Part shown: piece by piece, positions 28,696-37,356 of the stretch
Layout of the letters: each line of letters starts with the position of its first letter
Numbering within the stretch: position 1 is the first letter of the stretch
NCBI RefSeq assembly: GCF_027482425.1
Contig: NZ_JAIXWA010000022.1
Location: 3,111-67,110 of the forward strand
Length of the DNA stretch: 64,000 nt
Direction: 5' to 3'
From: Flavobacterium sp.
GTDB taxonomy: Bacteria; Bacteroidota; Bacteroidia; Flavobacteriales; Flavobacteriaceae
Translations under genes and position numbers: made by a program
Notes under the pieces: generated by a model
What the model saw: the letters and a program-made list of their open reading frames with translations, nothing else
Told to the model about the DNA's origin: nothing
The model's database searches: none

Positions 28696-29232
28696 TTACG
28701 ATATCCACGTTTTTTCTATCTTTACAACTTTCCATTTTCCTTTTTCCTTTTTCAAATAAACTTTGTAACCAAGCCCACATTTTCCGCCACAATCATATGA
28801 AACATTTAGTGTTCCATTTTCTTTTTTAGCGTCAAACTTGATTTTAGAAAATGACATTACACCAATAAACTTTTTATATTTTTCTGACCAGTTTTCTAGT
28901 TCAATTTTCTTTGGAAGTTCAGCAAAGTCTTTAAAAATGAACTTTGGGTTGGTGAACTTATTTAAATCAATTTTTCTTGTTTTCTCTACGGCGACAACCA
29001 ATTCCGCTGTGTCTTTTTTCAATTCCCTTTCTACAGCTAAAAAGGCAGAATCATTTTCTTCACCTTTTCTAGGAATATGTGTGTAAAGTCTTTTATCAAT
29101 ATAGGTTTTGTTTACAACCTGCAAAAAAACTTCATCAAAAACCTGCTGTTCAGTTTCTGTTTCGGATTGTTTTTTATTGCAACTAATAATTACAAAAAAA
29201 AGAAGAAAAAGTAGTTTTGCGGTTTTCGTCAT
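28696..29232 (-). CDS. AT-rich hypothetical lipoprotein (cassette-like)
   Basis: Lipobox IISC and a C-terminal YDCGGKCGLG motif. About 33% GC in four 60-nt lines counted. Confidence 0.75.
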   Translation of the reverse strand: MTKTAKLLFLLFFVIISCNKKQSETETEQQVFDEVFLQVVNKTYIDKRLYTHIPRKGEENDSAFLAVERELKKDTAELVVAVEKTRKIDLNKFTNPKFIFKDFAELPKKIELENWSEKYKKFIGVMSFSKIKFDAKKENGTLNVSYDCGGKCGLGYKVYLKKEKGKWKVVKIEKTWIS

Positions 29233-29472
29233 AATATTGATACCAACATCACCCTGTGAAAAAACAGCACAGCCTGCCAAACAAATATATGAAAATGTTG
29301 ATAAGGAATAGTACTACTGCAACACCCTCAAATTGTTTTCCTTTAACAGGAGAAACACGTAACGATGATAAAACCCTCTTTTTTGACTTAAAAAACGTCC
29401 TGATAAACAATCCAAATTTTACGATTTTGAACTACCACTAAAAAACCTCGCTTTCCCCTTAGTTTCAAGGCT

Positions 29473-29587
29473 AGTCACTCATCACTTGTCACTCTAAAAT
29501 CTAAAGACTAATCACTAGTTACTAGTCACTAGTCACTAATCACTCTAATCTCAAATCTCAAATCTCAAATTCTAACAACCAACAACT
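29473..29587 (+). repeat. Degenerate heptamer tract, about 16 units, nearly all ending in CT
   Basis: Units include AGTCACT, CATCACT, TGTCACT, AAAATCT, AAAGACT, AATCACT, AGTTACT, CTAATCT, CAAATCT and AACAACT. Confidence 0.85.
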
Positions 29588-29613
29588 AATTCCCCCTTTG
29601 GGGGCTAGGGGGC
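29585..29613 (+). repeat. REP-like palindromic repeat, copy 2
   Basis: Identical to 27847-27875; lies just before the TACCTTTG motif (29627-29634) of uvrA. Confidence 0.9.
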
Positions 29614-29651
29614 CAACCAAATTCCTTACCTTTGCACTTTCCCTAAAAATC

Positions 29652-32483
29652 ATGAGCGAACAACTCGAATCCATTGAAATCATTGGTGCCCGCGCCCATA
29701 ATCTCAAAAACATTGACCTGACTATTCCGCGGGAGCAACTCGTGGTCATTACCGGACTCTCGGGTTCGGGAAAATCGTCCTTGGCCTTTGACACCATTTA
29801 TGCGGAAGGACAACGCCGCTATATCGAAACCTTTTCGGCTTATGCCCGGCAGTTTCTCGGGGGACTCGAACGTCCCGATGTCGATAAAATCGACGGACTC
29901 TCCCCTGTTATTGCGATCGAACAAAAAACAACGAGCAAATCGCCCCGCTCCACCGTGGGAACCATTACCGAGATTTACGATTTCTTGCGCTTACTCTTTG
30001 CCCGAGCGGGAGAAGCCTACAGTTACAACACCGGAGAGAAAATGGTATCCTACTCCGACGAACAAATCAAAAACCTCATTATTGAACAGTTTTTAGAGAA
30101 ACGCATCAACATCCTCGCGCCAGTCATTCGGGCACGGAAAGGACATTATGCTGAACTGTTTCAACAAATCGCCAAACAAGGTTTTGTCAAGGTTCGCGTC
30201 AACGGGGAAATCAAAGACATTACTCCTGGCATGAAACTCGACCGCTACAAAACCCATGATATCGAAATCGTCATCGACCGAATGGTACCCTCCCACGACG
30301 AGGACACCCACAAACGCCTCGCCGAGAGTATTAAAACCGCCATGTACCACGGCGAAAATGTTATGATGGTTATCGAACAGGAACAACAAGACGTACGCTT
30401 TTTTAGCCGCACGCTCATGTGTCCCACCACGGGCATCTCCTACCAAAATCCTGAACCCAATCTGTTCTCGTTCAACTCCCCCAAAGGAGCCTGCGAAAAA
30501 TGCAACGGTCTCGGAACCATACATGAAAAAAAAAAAAAAAAAATCATTCCAGACCCTCGAATTTCGATTGCCAAAGGCGGATTGGCCCCACTGGGCGAAC
30601 TCAAAAACTCGTGGATGTTCAAACAGTTGGAAGCCATTGGTGAAAAATTTGGGTTCAAACTCACCGACCCCATCGAAAAAATTCCCGAAGAGGCCATGGA
30701 CATGATGCTCAATGGCGGCAACGAACGTTTTACCGTAAAAGCCAAAGCTGCGGGCGTCACCAAAGAGTATAAAATTGAATTTGAAGGCATTGCCGCCTTT
30801 ATCAAAAACCAATATGACGACAACGCCTCGGCATCGTTAAGACGCTGGGCCAAAGACTTTATGGATGAAGTGGGTTGCCCCGAATGCCATGGGGCCCGCT
30901 TGAAAAAAGAATCGTTGTATTTTAAAATCAATGATAAAAACATTGCCGAGCTCTCCACCATGGACATCGCCGAATTGACCGCATGGTTTCAGACATTACC
31001 TCAAACCCTCTCGGAAAAACAAAAGGTGATTGCTACTGAAATCCTAAAAGAAATCAATGACCGATTGAAATTCCTCATGGACGTTGGCCTCAATTACCTA
31101 TCCCTACACCGCAGCTCGAAGTCACTCTCTGGCGGTGAAGCGCAACGCATTCGCTTGGCAACCCAAATCGGGTCGCAATTGGTTGGTGTGCTCTATATTT
31201 TGGACGAACCCAGTATTGGATTGCACCAGCGCGATAACGAGCGGTTGATCAATTCGTTAAAAAGTTTGCGCGACATTGGCAACTCGGTCTTGGTGGTCGA
31301 ACACGACAAAGACATGATTGTAGAAGCCGATTATGTAATTGACATCGGACCCAAAGCAGGGCGGTTTGGCGGAGAAATCATTAGCAAAGGAACCCCCAAA
31401 GCGTTATTGAACGAAACCACCATTACCGCACAGTATTTAAGTGGAAAAATGGCAATTCCAGTGCCCAAAAAACGTCGGGAAGGCAACGGTAAATCGATAA
31501 AATTGGTGGGCGCTTCTGGAAATAACTTGAAAAATGTGACCGCGGAATTCCCGTTGGGGAAATTAATTTGCGTAACCGGAGTTTCAGGCAGTGGCAAATC
31601 GACCTTAATCAACGAAACGCTCTACCCCATTTTAAATGCCCATATTTACGATGGCGTGAAGCGACCGATGCCGTATAAAAAGATTGAAGGACTCGAACAT
31701 GTAGACAAAGTCATCGACATCGACCAAAGTCCGATTGGCCGCACCCCGCGTTCCAATCCAGCCACGTATACCGACGTATTTTCAGAAATACGTTCCCTAT
31801 TTACCCAAACTCCTGAAGCAATGATTCGTGGGTATAAGGCAGGACGCTTCAGTTTTAACGTGTCGGGCGGCCGTTGTGAAACCTGCGAAGGGTCGGGCGT
31901 GCGCACCATTGAAATGAGTTTTTTACCCGATGTGTATGTGGGATGTGAAACCTGTCAGGGCAAACGCTTTAACCGCGAAACCTTGGAAATTCGCTACAAA
32001 GGCAAATCCATTTCCGATGTATTGAACATGACGGTCGATGAAGCGGTGGACTTTTTTGAAAACATTCCGAAGATTTACCGTAAAATCAAAACCATCCAAG
32101 ATGTAGGATTAGGGTATATTACATTAGGACAACAGAGTACAACCCTTTCCGGTGGAGAAGCCCAACGGATTAAACTGGCCACCGAATTGTCCAAAAAAGA
32201 TACGGGTAATACGTTTTACATTATGGACGAACCCACTACGGGCTTGCATTTTGAAGACATTCGGGTATTGATGGAAGTGATTCAAAAATTAGTGGATAAA
32301 GGCAATACGGTATTGATTATCGAACATAATTTGGATGTCATCAAATTAGCGGATCATATTATTGATGTCGGACCCGAAGGCGGAAAAGGCGGTGGACAAA
32401 TACTATGTGTCGGCACCCCTGAAGAAGTCAGTAAACACAAAAAAAGTTATACTGCACGTTTTTTAGCGAAAGAACTAAAGTAA
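29652..32483 (+). CDS. uvrA: Excinuclease ABC subunit A
   Basis: Two Walker A motifs ([16 protein letters not shown]), two LSGGEAQR signatures and Zn-finger cysteines. Contains an A18 run at 30526-30543. Confidence 0.97.
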   Translation: MSEQLESIEIIGARAHNLKNIDLTIPREQLVVITGLSGSGKSSLAFDTIYAEGQRRYIETFSAYARQFLGGLERPDVDKIDGLSPVIAIEQKTTSKSPRSTVGTITEIYDFLRLLFARAGEAYSYNTGEKMVSYSDEQIKNLIIEQFLEKRINILAPVIRARKGHYAELFQQIAKQGFVKVRVNGEIKDITPGMKLDRYKTHDIEIVIDRMVPSHDEDTHKRLAESIKTAMYHGENVMMVIEQEQQDVRFFSRTLMCPTTGISYQNPEPNLFSFNSPKGACEKCNGLGTIHEKKKKKIIPDPRISIAKGGLAPLGELKNSWMFKQLEAIGEKFGFKLTDPIEKIPEEAMDMMLNGGNERFTVKAKAAGVTKEYKIEFEGIAAFIKNQYDDNASASLRRWAKDFMDEVGCPECHGARLKKESLYFKINDKNIAELSTMDIAELTAWFQTLPQTLSEKQKVIATEILKEINDRLKFLMDVGLNYLSLHRSSKSLSGGEAQRIRLATQIGSQLVGVLYILDEPSIGLHQRDNERLINSLKSLRDIGNSVLVVEHDKDMIVEADYVIDIGPKAGRFGGEIISKGTPKALLNETTITAQYLSGKMAIPVPKKRREGNGKSIKLVGASGNNLKNVTAEFPLGKLICVTGVSGSGKSTLINETLYPILNAHIYDGVKRPMPYKKIEGLEHVDKVIDIDQSPIGRTPRSNPATYTDVFSEIRSLFTQTPEAMIRGYKAGRFSFNVSGGRCETCEGSGVRTIEMSFLPDVYVGCETCQGKRFNRETLEIRYKGKSISDVLNMTVDEAVDFFENIPKIYRKIKTIQDVGLGYITLGQQSTTLSGGEAQRIKLATELSKKDTGNTFYIMDEPTTGLHFEDIRVLMEVIQKLVDKGNTVLIIEHNLDVIKLADHIIDVGPEGGKGGGQILCVGTPEEVSKHKKSYTARFLAKELK

Positions 32484-32484
32484 A

Positions 32485-32651
32485 GTTCAGTGTTCAGTGT
32501 TCAGCCCCGAAGGGTCGGGATCAGTGTTCAGTGTTTAGTGTTAGTAAAACTAAATTATAGTACCTAACGAAAGTCTAACGTCCGAAGTCTAGTCACTAGT
32601 CACCCCCGAAGTTTCGGGACTAGTCACTCATAATTCATAACTCATAATTCA
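32485..32651. repeat. Bipolar heptamer-repeat element with two nested CCCCGAAGnnTCGGGA hairpins
   Basis: Left arm (TGTTCAG)n and right arm (AGTCACT)n/(CATAACT)n, with hairpins at 32505-32520 and 32603-32618. Confidence 0.85.
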
Positions 32652-33384
32652 CACCACCCACATATCCCCCTTCCCCAACCGTCCCACTATCGTATTCTTG
32701 CACGATTCGTTGGGGTGTATCGAACTCTGGCGTGATTTTCCGGAGCGGTTGGCGGCGGCCAACCAATGCAATTATTTGGTATACGATCGGTTGGGGTATG
32801 GAAAATCGGGACCGTTTAAAAATCCAACCCGCGACAAACAGTATTTGGAGGCTGAGGCAGCTATTTTACACCAACTTTTAGTCGAACACAACCTCGAGAA
32901 AGTCATTCTCTTCGGACACAGTGATGGGGGTTCGATTGCCCTATTGACGGCAGCCCTATTCCCCGAGCGCATTCAAGCCCTCATTACCGAGGGGGCCCAT
33001 GTTTTTGTAGAGGAAGTGACGCTGGAAGGCATCCGGGCGGCACAAGAAGCCTATACTACCACCGACTTACCCCAACGCTTAGCCAAATACCACGGTGCCA
33101 ACACAGATGCCCTGGTTAAGGCGTGGACCGAAACGTGGCTATCTCCAGCCTTTCGGGATTGGAACCTTACCGCTTTTTTACCTCAAATCACTTGTCCCGC
33201 CCTCATTATTCAAGGTGAAGACGACGAATTTGGGACACCAGCGCAAGTCGAAGCTGTAGTGGCCGGTTGTTCAGGACCTGCCCAAGCGTGGCTGATTCCG
33301 GGCGTGCAACACAACCCCCATAAGGATGTGCCGGAGGAGGTTATTAAAAAAGTAGTGGTTTTTTTGCAACAATCTTTACCTTAG
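32641..33384 (+). CDS. Alpha/beta hydrolase with no canonical start upstream of the conserved N-terminal strand
   Basis: PTIVFLHDSLGC, VYDRLGYGKS, GHSDGG (nucleophile) and HNPH. The frame is open back to a TAA at 32638-32640 with only ATA/ATT codons available. Confidence 0.75.
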   Translation, partial: LIIHTTHISPFPNRPTIVFLHDSLGCIELWRDFPERLAAANQCNYLVYDRLGYGKSGPFKNPTRDKQYLEAEAAILHQLLVEHNLEKVILFGHSDGGSIALLTAALFPERIQALITEGAHVFVEEVTLEGIRAAQEAYTTTDLPQRLAKYHGANTDALVKAWTETWLSPAFRDWNLTAFLPQITCPALIIQGEDDEFGTPAQVEAVVAGCSGPAQAWLIPGVQHNPHKDVPEEVIKKVVVFLQQSLP

Positions 33385-33408
33385 GTGTATATTTACTTAT
33401 TGAATCGC

Positions 33409-34332
33409 ATGAACATACGCTTTCTTTTATTGTTATTGTGTATAACACCTAAATTGGATGCCCAAACCCTTTACTCCAAAGCCTTTGGGAATCCGCAGCA
33501 CCCGGCGTTACTTTTTCTGCATGGTGGCCCTGGGTACAATGCCGCGAGTTTTGAACTATCGACAGCGCCCATCTTAGCCGAACAAGGATACTATGTTATT
33601 GTGTATGACCGACGTGGCGAAGGACGAAGTGTGGATCCCAATGCTGAATTCTCCTTGGCCGAAGCCGCTGCCGATATCCAAGGGGTGCTCGAAAAATATG
33701 CCATTACTAAAGTGCATTTACTAGGGCACAGCTTCGGAGGAATCCTCGCCCTGAAGTTCGCCCGCACCCATCCCGAAAAGGTACACTCCGTAGTTTTAAT
33801 CAGCGCTCCCCTCGATTTACAGGAATCCTTTCAACACATTATTGCGCAATGCAAAACGATATATGAAACCAAAGTAGATTTGGTCAACTTAAAGTATGTA
33901 GGACTTTTACAAGAAATGGACCCGCATTCGATGCTGTTTGCCTCCTATTGTTTCCTACATGCGATGCGCAACGGATTCTATACAACGCCCAACCCCACTC
34001 CCGAAGCCCAACAACGGTATGCTGCCCTGTTGGAACATCCCGAATTCAAACGTTGGGGCAATACCATGACCGAACAAGCCCCGTTGGGATTTCACCAAAA
34101 TGATGCCTATACCCAATTGAAATTATATGATTTAATTGAGCAAGTACTTCAAAAAAAAGTACCCGTTTTCGGGTTTTATGGCGAAAATGACCGATTGTAC
34201 CCCAAAACCCAACGGCAAACCCTAGAAGCACTGCTTCCGCAAGGGCATTTTAAAACCTGGGAGCGCTGTGGCCATGCGGTGTTTATCGATCAACAGGCAC
34301 TATTTGTAGAAGCGCTGCGTCAGTTGCCTTAA
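33409..34332 (+). CDS. Exported alpha/beta hydrolase (proline iminopeptidase-like)
   Basis: Signal peptide, LFLHGGPG, VYDRRGEGRS, LGHSFGG and CGHAVF. Confidence 0.85.
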   Translation: MNIRFLLLLLCITPKLDAQTLYSKAFGNPQHPALLFLHGGPGYNAASFELSTAPILAEQGYYVIVYDRRGEGRSVDPNAEFSLAEAAADIQGVLEKYAITKVHLLGHSFGGILALKFARTHPEKVHSVVLISAPLDLQESFQHIIAQCKTIYETKVDLVNLKYVGLLQEMDPHSMLFASYCFLHAMRNGFYTTPNPTPEAQQRYAALLEHPEFKRWGNTMTEQAPLGFHQNDAYTQLKLYDLIEQVLQKKVPVFGFYGENDRLYPKTQRQTLEALLPQGHFKTWERCGHAVFIDQQALFVEALRQLP

Positions 34333-34469
34333 CGTTCAGAATTAATTTTAAAAAAAATTAAGAAGAAAGCTACTACTTTGTGTGGTTTTTTTGATGTTTG
34401 CAATATTCCTTCTATTTTTGCGGAGGATTAAAATTTTTGTATTTCTAGATTGTAATTTAAATTTCTGCC

Positions 34470-34841
34470 ATGAAGCACTTCTTTCTAAAAACCCATTTAT
34501 TCTGGATTCTTTCCAAATTTATGTTGGCCATTGCGGGTATTGGCGGATTCATTAGTATGTGGTCGTTGGGAATTTTTCGGGATCATTTTACCTTGATGGC
34601 CAATGGTCTTTTGGTACTCTACGGTTTATTATTGGGCTACAGTGGCTATGCCGACATTCGCAGTATTCCTCCCAATACGGTAATTCGCCTCATCACAGGT
34701 ACCTTGTCTGTGGTCTCTGGACTGGCGTTGTTGTTGCTTATCTTTTTGCAACATGTTCGCAACCCTTTTATGACCTTATTTATGGCATTGTGGGTAATTA
34801 TGTTGGGCCTTTACGAATGGGCACAACTAGTTCGTGAATAG
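34470..34841 (+). CDS. Four-TM hypothetical membrane protein
   Basis: 123 aa with four hydrophobic segments and an ATG start. Confidence 0.65.
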   Translation: MKHFFLKTHLFWILSKFMLAIAGIGGFISMWSLGIFRDHFTLMANGLLVLYGLLLGYSGYADIRSIPPNTVIRLITGTLSVVSGLALLLLIFLQHVRNPFMTLFMALWVIMLGLYEWAQLVRE

Positions 34842-34986
34842 CAGCTAAGAATTTCTTTTTTTATAAAATAGACCGCTGCAACGAATTGTAATTACCTTAA
34901 TTTTTAAACATTCGTTAAAGTCGCCGCACGTTATTCTTTCCCTTGTATCTTTGGGTGCAAACCATAAAATTTCTCACTTACACAGC

Positions 34987-35343
34987 ATGGATACATTAAA
35001 AATTGCCTTAGACTGGACGCCCAACGTCAATCACCTTGGCTTTTTTATCGCCAAAGAAAAAGGATTTTATCAAGAATTGGGAGTAACGGTTTCATTCCTC
35101 AACCCACAAGAAGATGATTACCAAACCCATACCTATCTGTTGAAGTGGATTGATGCCGATTCTTTTATCATTATTGGCTACACCCAACCTGCCGAACCTA
35201 CGGCTTTGGAGAGCGAAATGCTGAAAGGGTACACCCCATCGTTTAATCTCACGGGCGCTGACAACGGCACCTTTCGATTTGTCTTGGGCGATCAACACCA
35301 AGCCGATTGCATTTACCGCGGGAGCTTGATTCCCATTCCATAA
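34987..35343 (+). pseudogene. Chimeric remnant: N-terminus of an NMT1/THI5-like substrate-binding protein fused to an unrelated C-terminus
   Basis: The first 47 aa (LKIALDWTPNVNHLGFFIAKEKGFY) match the THI5/SsuA-type N-terminus. Similarity ends at 35127, and the ORF is only 118 aa. Confidence 0.65.
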
Positions 35344-35452
35344 AATTGGAATTTGAGTTCTTGAGGATAGAAATCCTTACTTTTGTGGATAGACTATTTT
35401 TCGTAATTAAATCAATTATAGTTTTTACGACGAGATAAGCTGTTCGATTCCA

Positions 35453-36673
35453 ATGAGATTCTCCAAACGAAAAACAACACGACACTTTAACCCTTCACTT
35501 TTTTCAGCGCTACAATTCCTAGGCTTTGTAATCGGAATCGGTGTGCTGTTGAGTATCCCTATTGGGAGTAGTGCTGCTTTTTTTCTTTGGGCTTTGGAGG
35601 AAGTGACCCATATGCGAATGGCCCATTTCAATCTAATATTCGGGTTGCCCTTTGCGGGCTTGGGAATGGGGTATCTCTACCACCGTTGGGGAAAACAAGC
35701 CAACTTGGGTAATTCCGTGATTCGTTCGTCGCTAGTGGATGCCCAAACTCCTATTCCGATGCGCATGGGTCCCATGGTTTTGGGAAGTACGCTTGTCGCC
35801 CATTTATTTGGGGCTTCTGTCGGGCGGGAGGGTACTGCGTTGCAAATGGCTGCGGCGATGGTACGGCCAATCACTCGTTCTTTCAATTTTACTGATAAAC
35901 AGTATCGTATCGCATTGACCGCGGCAATCGCGGGAGGATTTGGAGCTGTTTTTGGAACGCCTTGGGCGGGGTTGGTTTTTGCCTTGGAATGGAATCGGAA
36001 ACAACCATTTTGCTGGGAAGCAATCGTCACGGCTTGTATTACGGCACTTTTGTCAGATACGGTTTGCACTGCTTGGGGAATTTCACACGGTACGTTTCCA
36101 ACGCTCCAAATCCCTAAATTCACTGTAGCCTATATCGGTTGGATGTTGGTGTCGGGAGTATTGTTTGGACTCCTTGCTCGAAGTTTTGTGCTGCTGCAAT
36201 TGGGCGTTCGAAAAGTAGCCACCACATGTATTCCTTTACCGCCCTTACGTTTGTTTTGGGGAGGAGTTCTTTTCGTGATTACGGTCAGTTTGCTTCACAC
36301 CGATCGCTATTTAGGATTGGGTTTACCTGTTATCGAAGAAGCATTTTTAAAAACCCTCTCTTGGGAGGATGCGTTTTGGAAATTGGTGCTTACCGCTTTG
36401 TTGCTTGGGGTAGGTTTTAAAGGAGGGGAAGTTACCCCATTTTTTTTCATAGGAGCTACGATGGGCAGTGCTTTAACGCAAGTTTTTCCCTATCCCCCAG
36501 GATTATGGGCCGCAGTAGGTTGGGTAGCCGTATTTGCAGGTGCCACGCACACACCCGTGGCTTGTATCATTATGGCGGCCGAACTTTTTGGTCCCGAAGT
36601 CCTTCCCGGGGCTGCGATAGCTTGTGCAGTGGCCTATAGCGTTTCGGGGAAAAAATCAGTGTATGCCGAATAG
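35453..36673 (+). CDS. CLC-family protein with fluoride-exporter (CLC-F) signatures
   Basis: GNSVI, GREGT and GGEVTP motifs; no CBS domains. Confidence 0.82.
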   Translation: MRFSKRKTTRHFNPSLFSALQFLGFVIGIGVLLSIPIGSSAAFFLWALEEVTHMRMAHFNLIFGLPFAGLGMGYLYHRWGKQANLGNSVIRSSLVDAQTPIPMRMGPMVLGSTLVAHLFGASVGREGTALQMAAAMVRPITRSFNFTDKQYRIALTAAIAGGFGAVFGTPWAGLVFALEWNRKQPFCWEAIVTACITALLSDTVCTAWGISHGTFPTLQIPKFTVAYIGWMLVSGVLFGLLARSFVLLQLGVRKVATTCIPLPPLRLFWGGVLFVITVSLLHTDRYLGLGLPVIEEAFLKTLSWEDAFWKLVLTALLLGVGFKGGEVTPFFFIGATMGSALTQVFPYPPGLWAAVGWVAVFAGATHTPVACIIMAAELFGPEVLPGAAIACAVAYSVSGKKSVYAE

Positions 36674-36677
36674 CACT

Positions 36678-37058
36678 TTATGAGTTTTCCTCTTCGGCAA
36701 ATACCATTGCTGGATCAGGGAAAATCGTTTCTTGATCTGAAAAATCCAATACTTCGGCTATGGCAATAGAGCGCGTGATTTCTTCTATTCCTTTTTGCAA
36801 CAAGCGTTCCGTGGTATATTTCCGGCTGGTAGCCAGTACCAGACCGTCTTTGGTGAGTCTAAAAATGAATTTTCCGCCTGAGGCTTTGCTTTGGGTAAGG
36901 GTAAATCGCTCCCATTGCGTTTGAAAAGCCTGAATCATTTCTTCGCAATCGCTTTTTTGTTTACAAGTTAGACTCGTAAAAATGGGCTTACCTTTACGAG
37001 AAGCGAAGATAAATTTATAGGCACCGTTTACCCGTTTACTAATGACAAATGCACCCAT
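36678..37058 (-). CDS. YegP/DUF1508 family protein
   Basis: Two repeats of the F-F----G--I-TS--Y/C pattern (YKFIFASRKGKPIFTS; FIFRLTKDGLVLATSRKY). Confidence 0.78.
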   Translation of the reverse strand: MGAFVISKRVNGAYKFIFASRKGKPIFTSLTCKQKSDCEEMIQAFQTQWERFTLTQSKASGGKFIFRLTKDGLVLATSRKYTTERLLQKGIEEITRSIAIAEVLDFSDQETIFPDPAMVFAEEENS

Positions 37059-37295
37059 TATTTCACGTTTTTTTTCTTTTTTCAAAAATATAACGTGCTT
37101 TCATGGTAGAAAAGCGCCAATCAAAAAGTTATAAAGAAGTTACCAAAATAAAATAAAAAATGTAAGTGATTGAATATCAATATGTAAAGACCTACTCGCA
37201 GATGATTGGGAGTTTTTCCAAGATGTAAATAGGATTTTTCCTTTACACCAAAGGAAAAAAACTTATTAAAAGTAGGAAAAATATGTACTGTAAAG

Positions 37296-37315
37296 TGTTT
37301 TACAATTGTAAAACA
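37296..37315. promoter_or_regulatory. Perfect 20-bp palindrome, candidate operator
   Basis: TGTTTTACAATTGTAAAACA between divergent genes. Confidence 0.45.
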
Positions 37316-37356
37316 TTTCTTAACTTTGATATTATTAAGCCCCAATTTAATAGCGT

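Noticed and set aside
29643-31909. Long antisense ORFs within uvrA (for example 30093..30812 and 30440..30967)
   Set aside because: They are shadow frames of a highly conserved gene with no protein motifs.
27718-32651. CRISPR array interpretation of the repeats
   Set aside because: The units are 7-8 nt tandem repeats or isolated pairs, with no regular repeat-spacer structure and no cas genes.
34842-34986. TPP riboswitch upstream of the THI5-like remnant
   Set aside because: No CTGAGA-type TPP aptamer core is visible.
35344-35452. Fluoride riboswitch upstream of the CLC-F-like gene
   Set aside because: The conserved GATGG...AAACCG...GCTGATGA pattern is not present.
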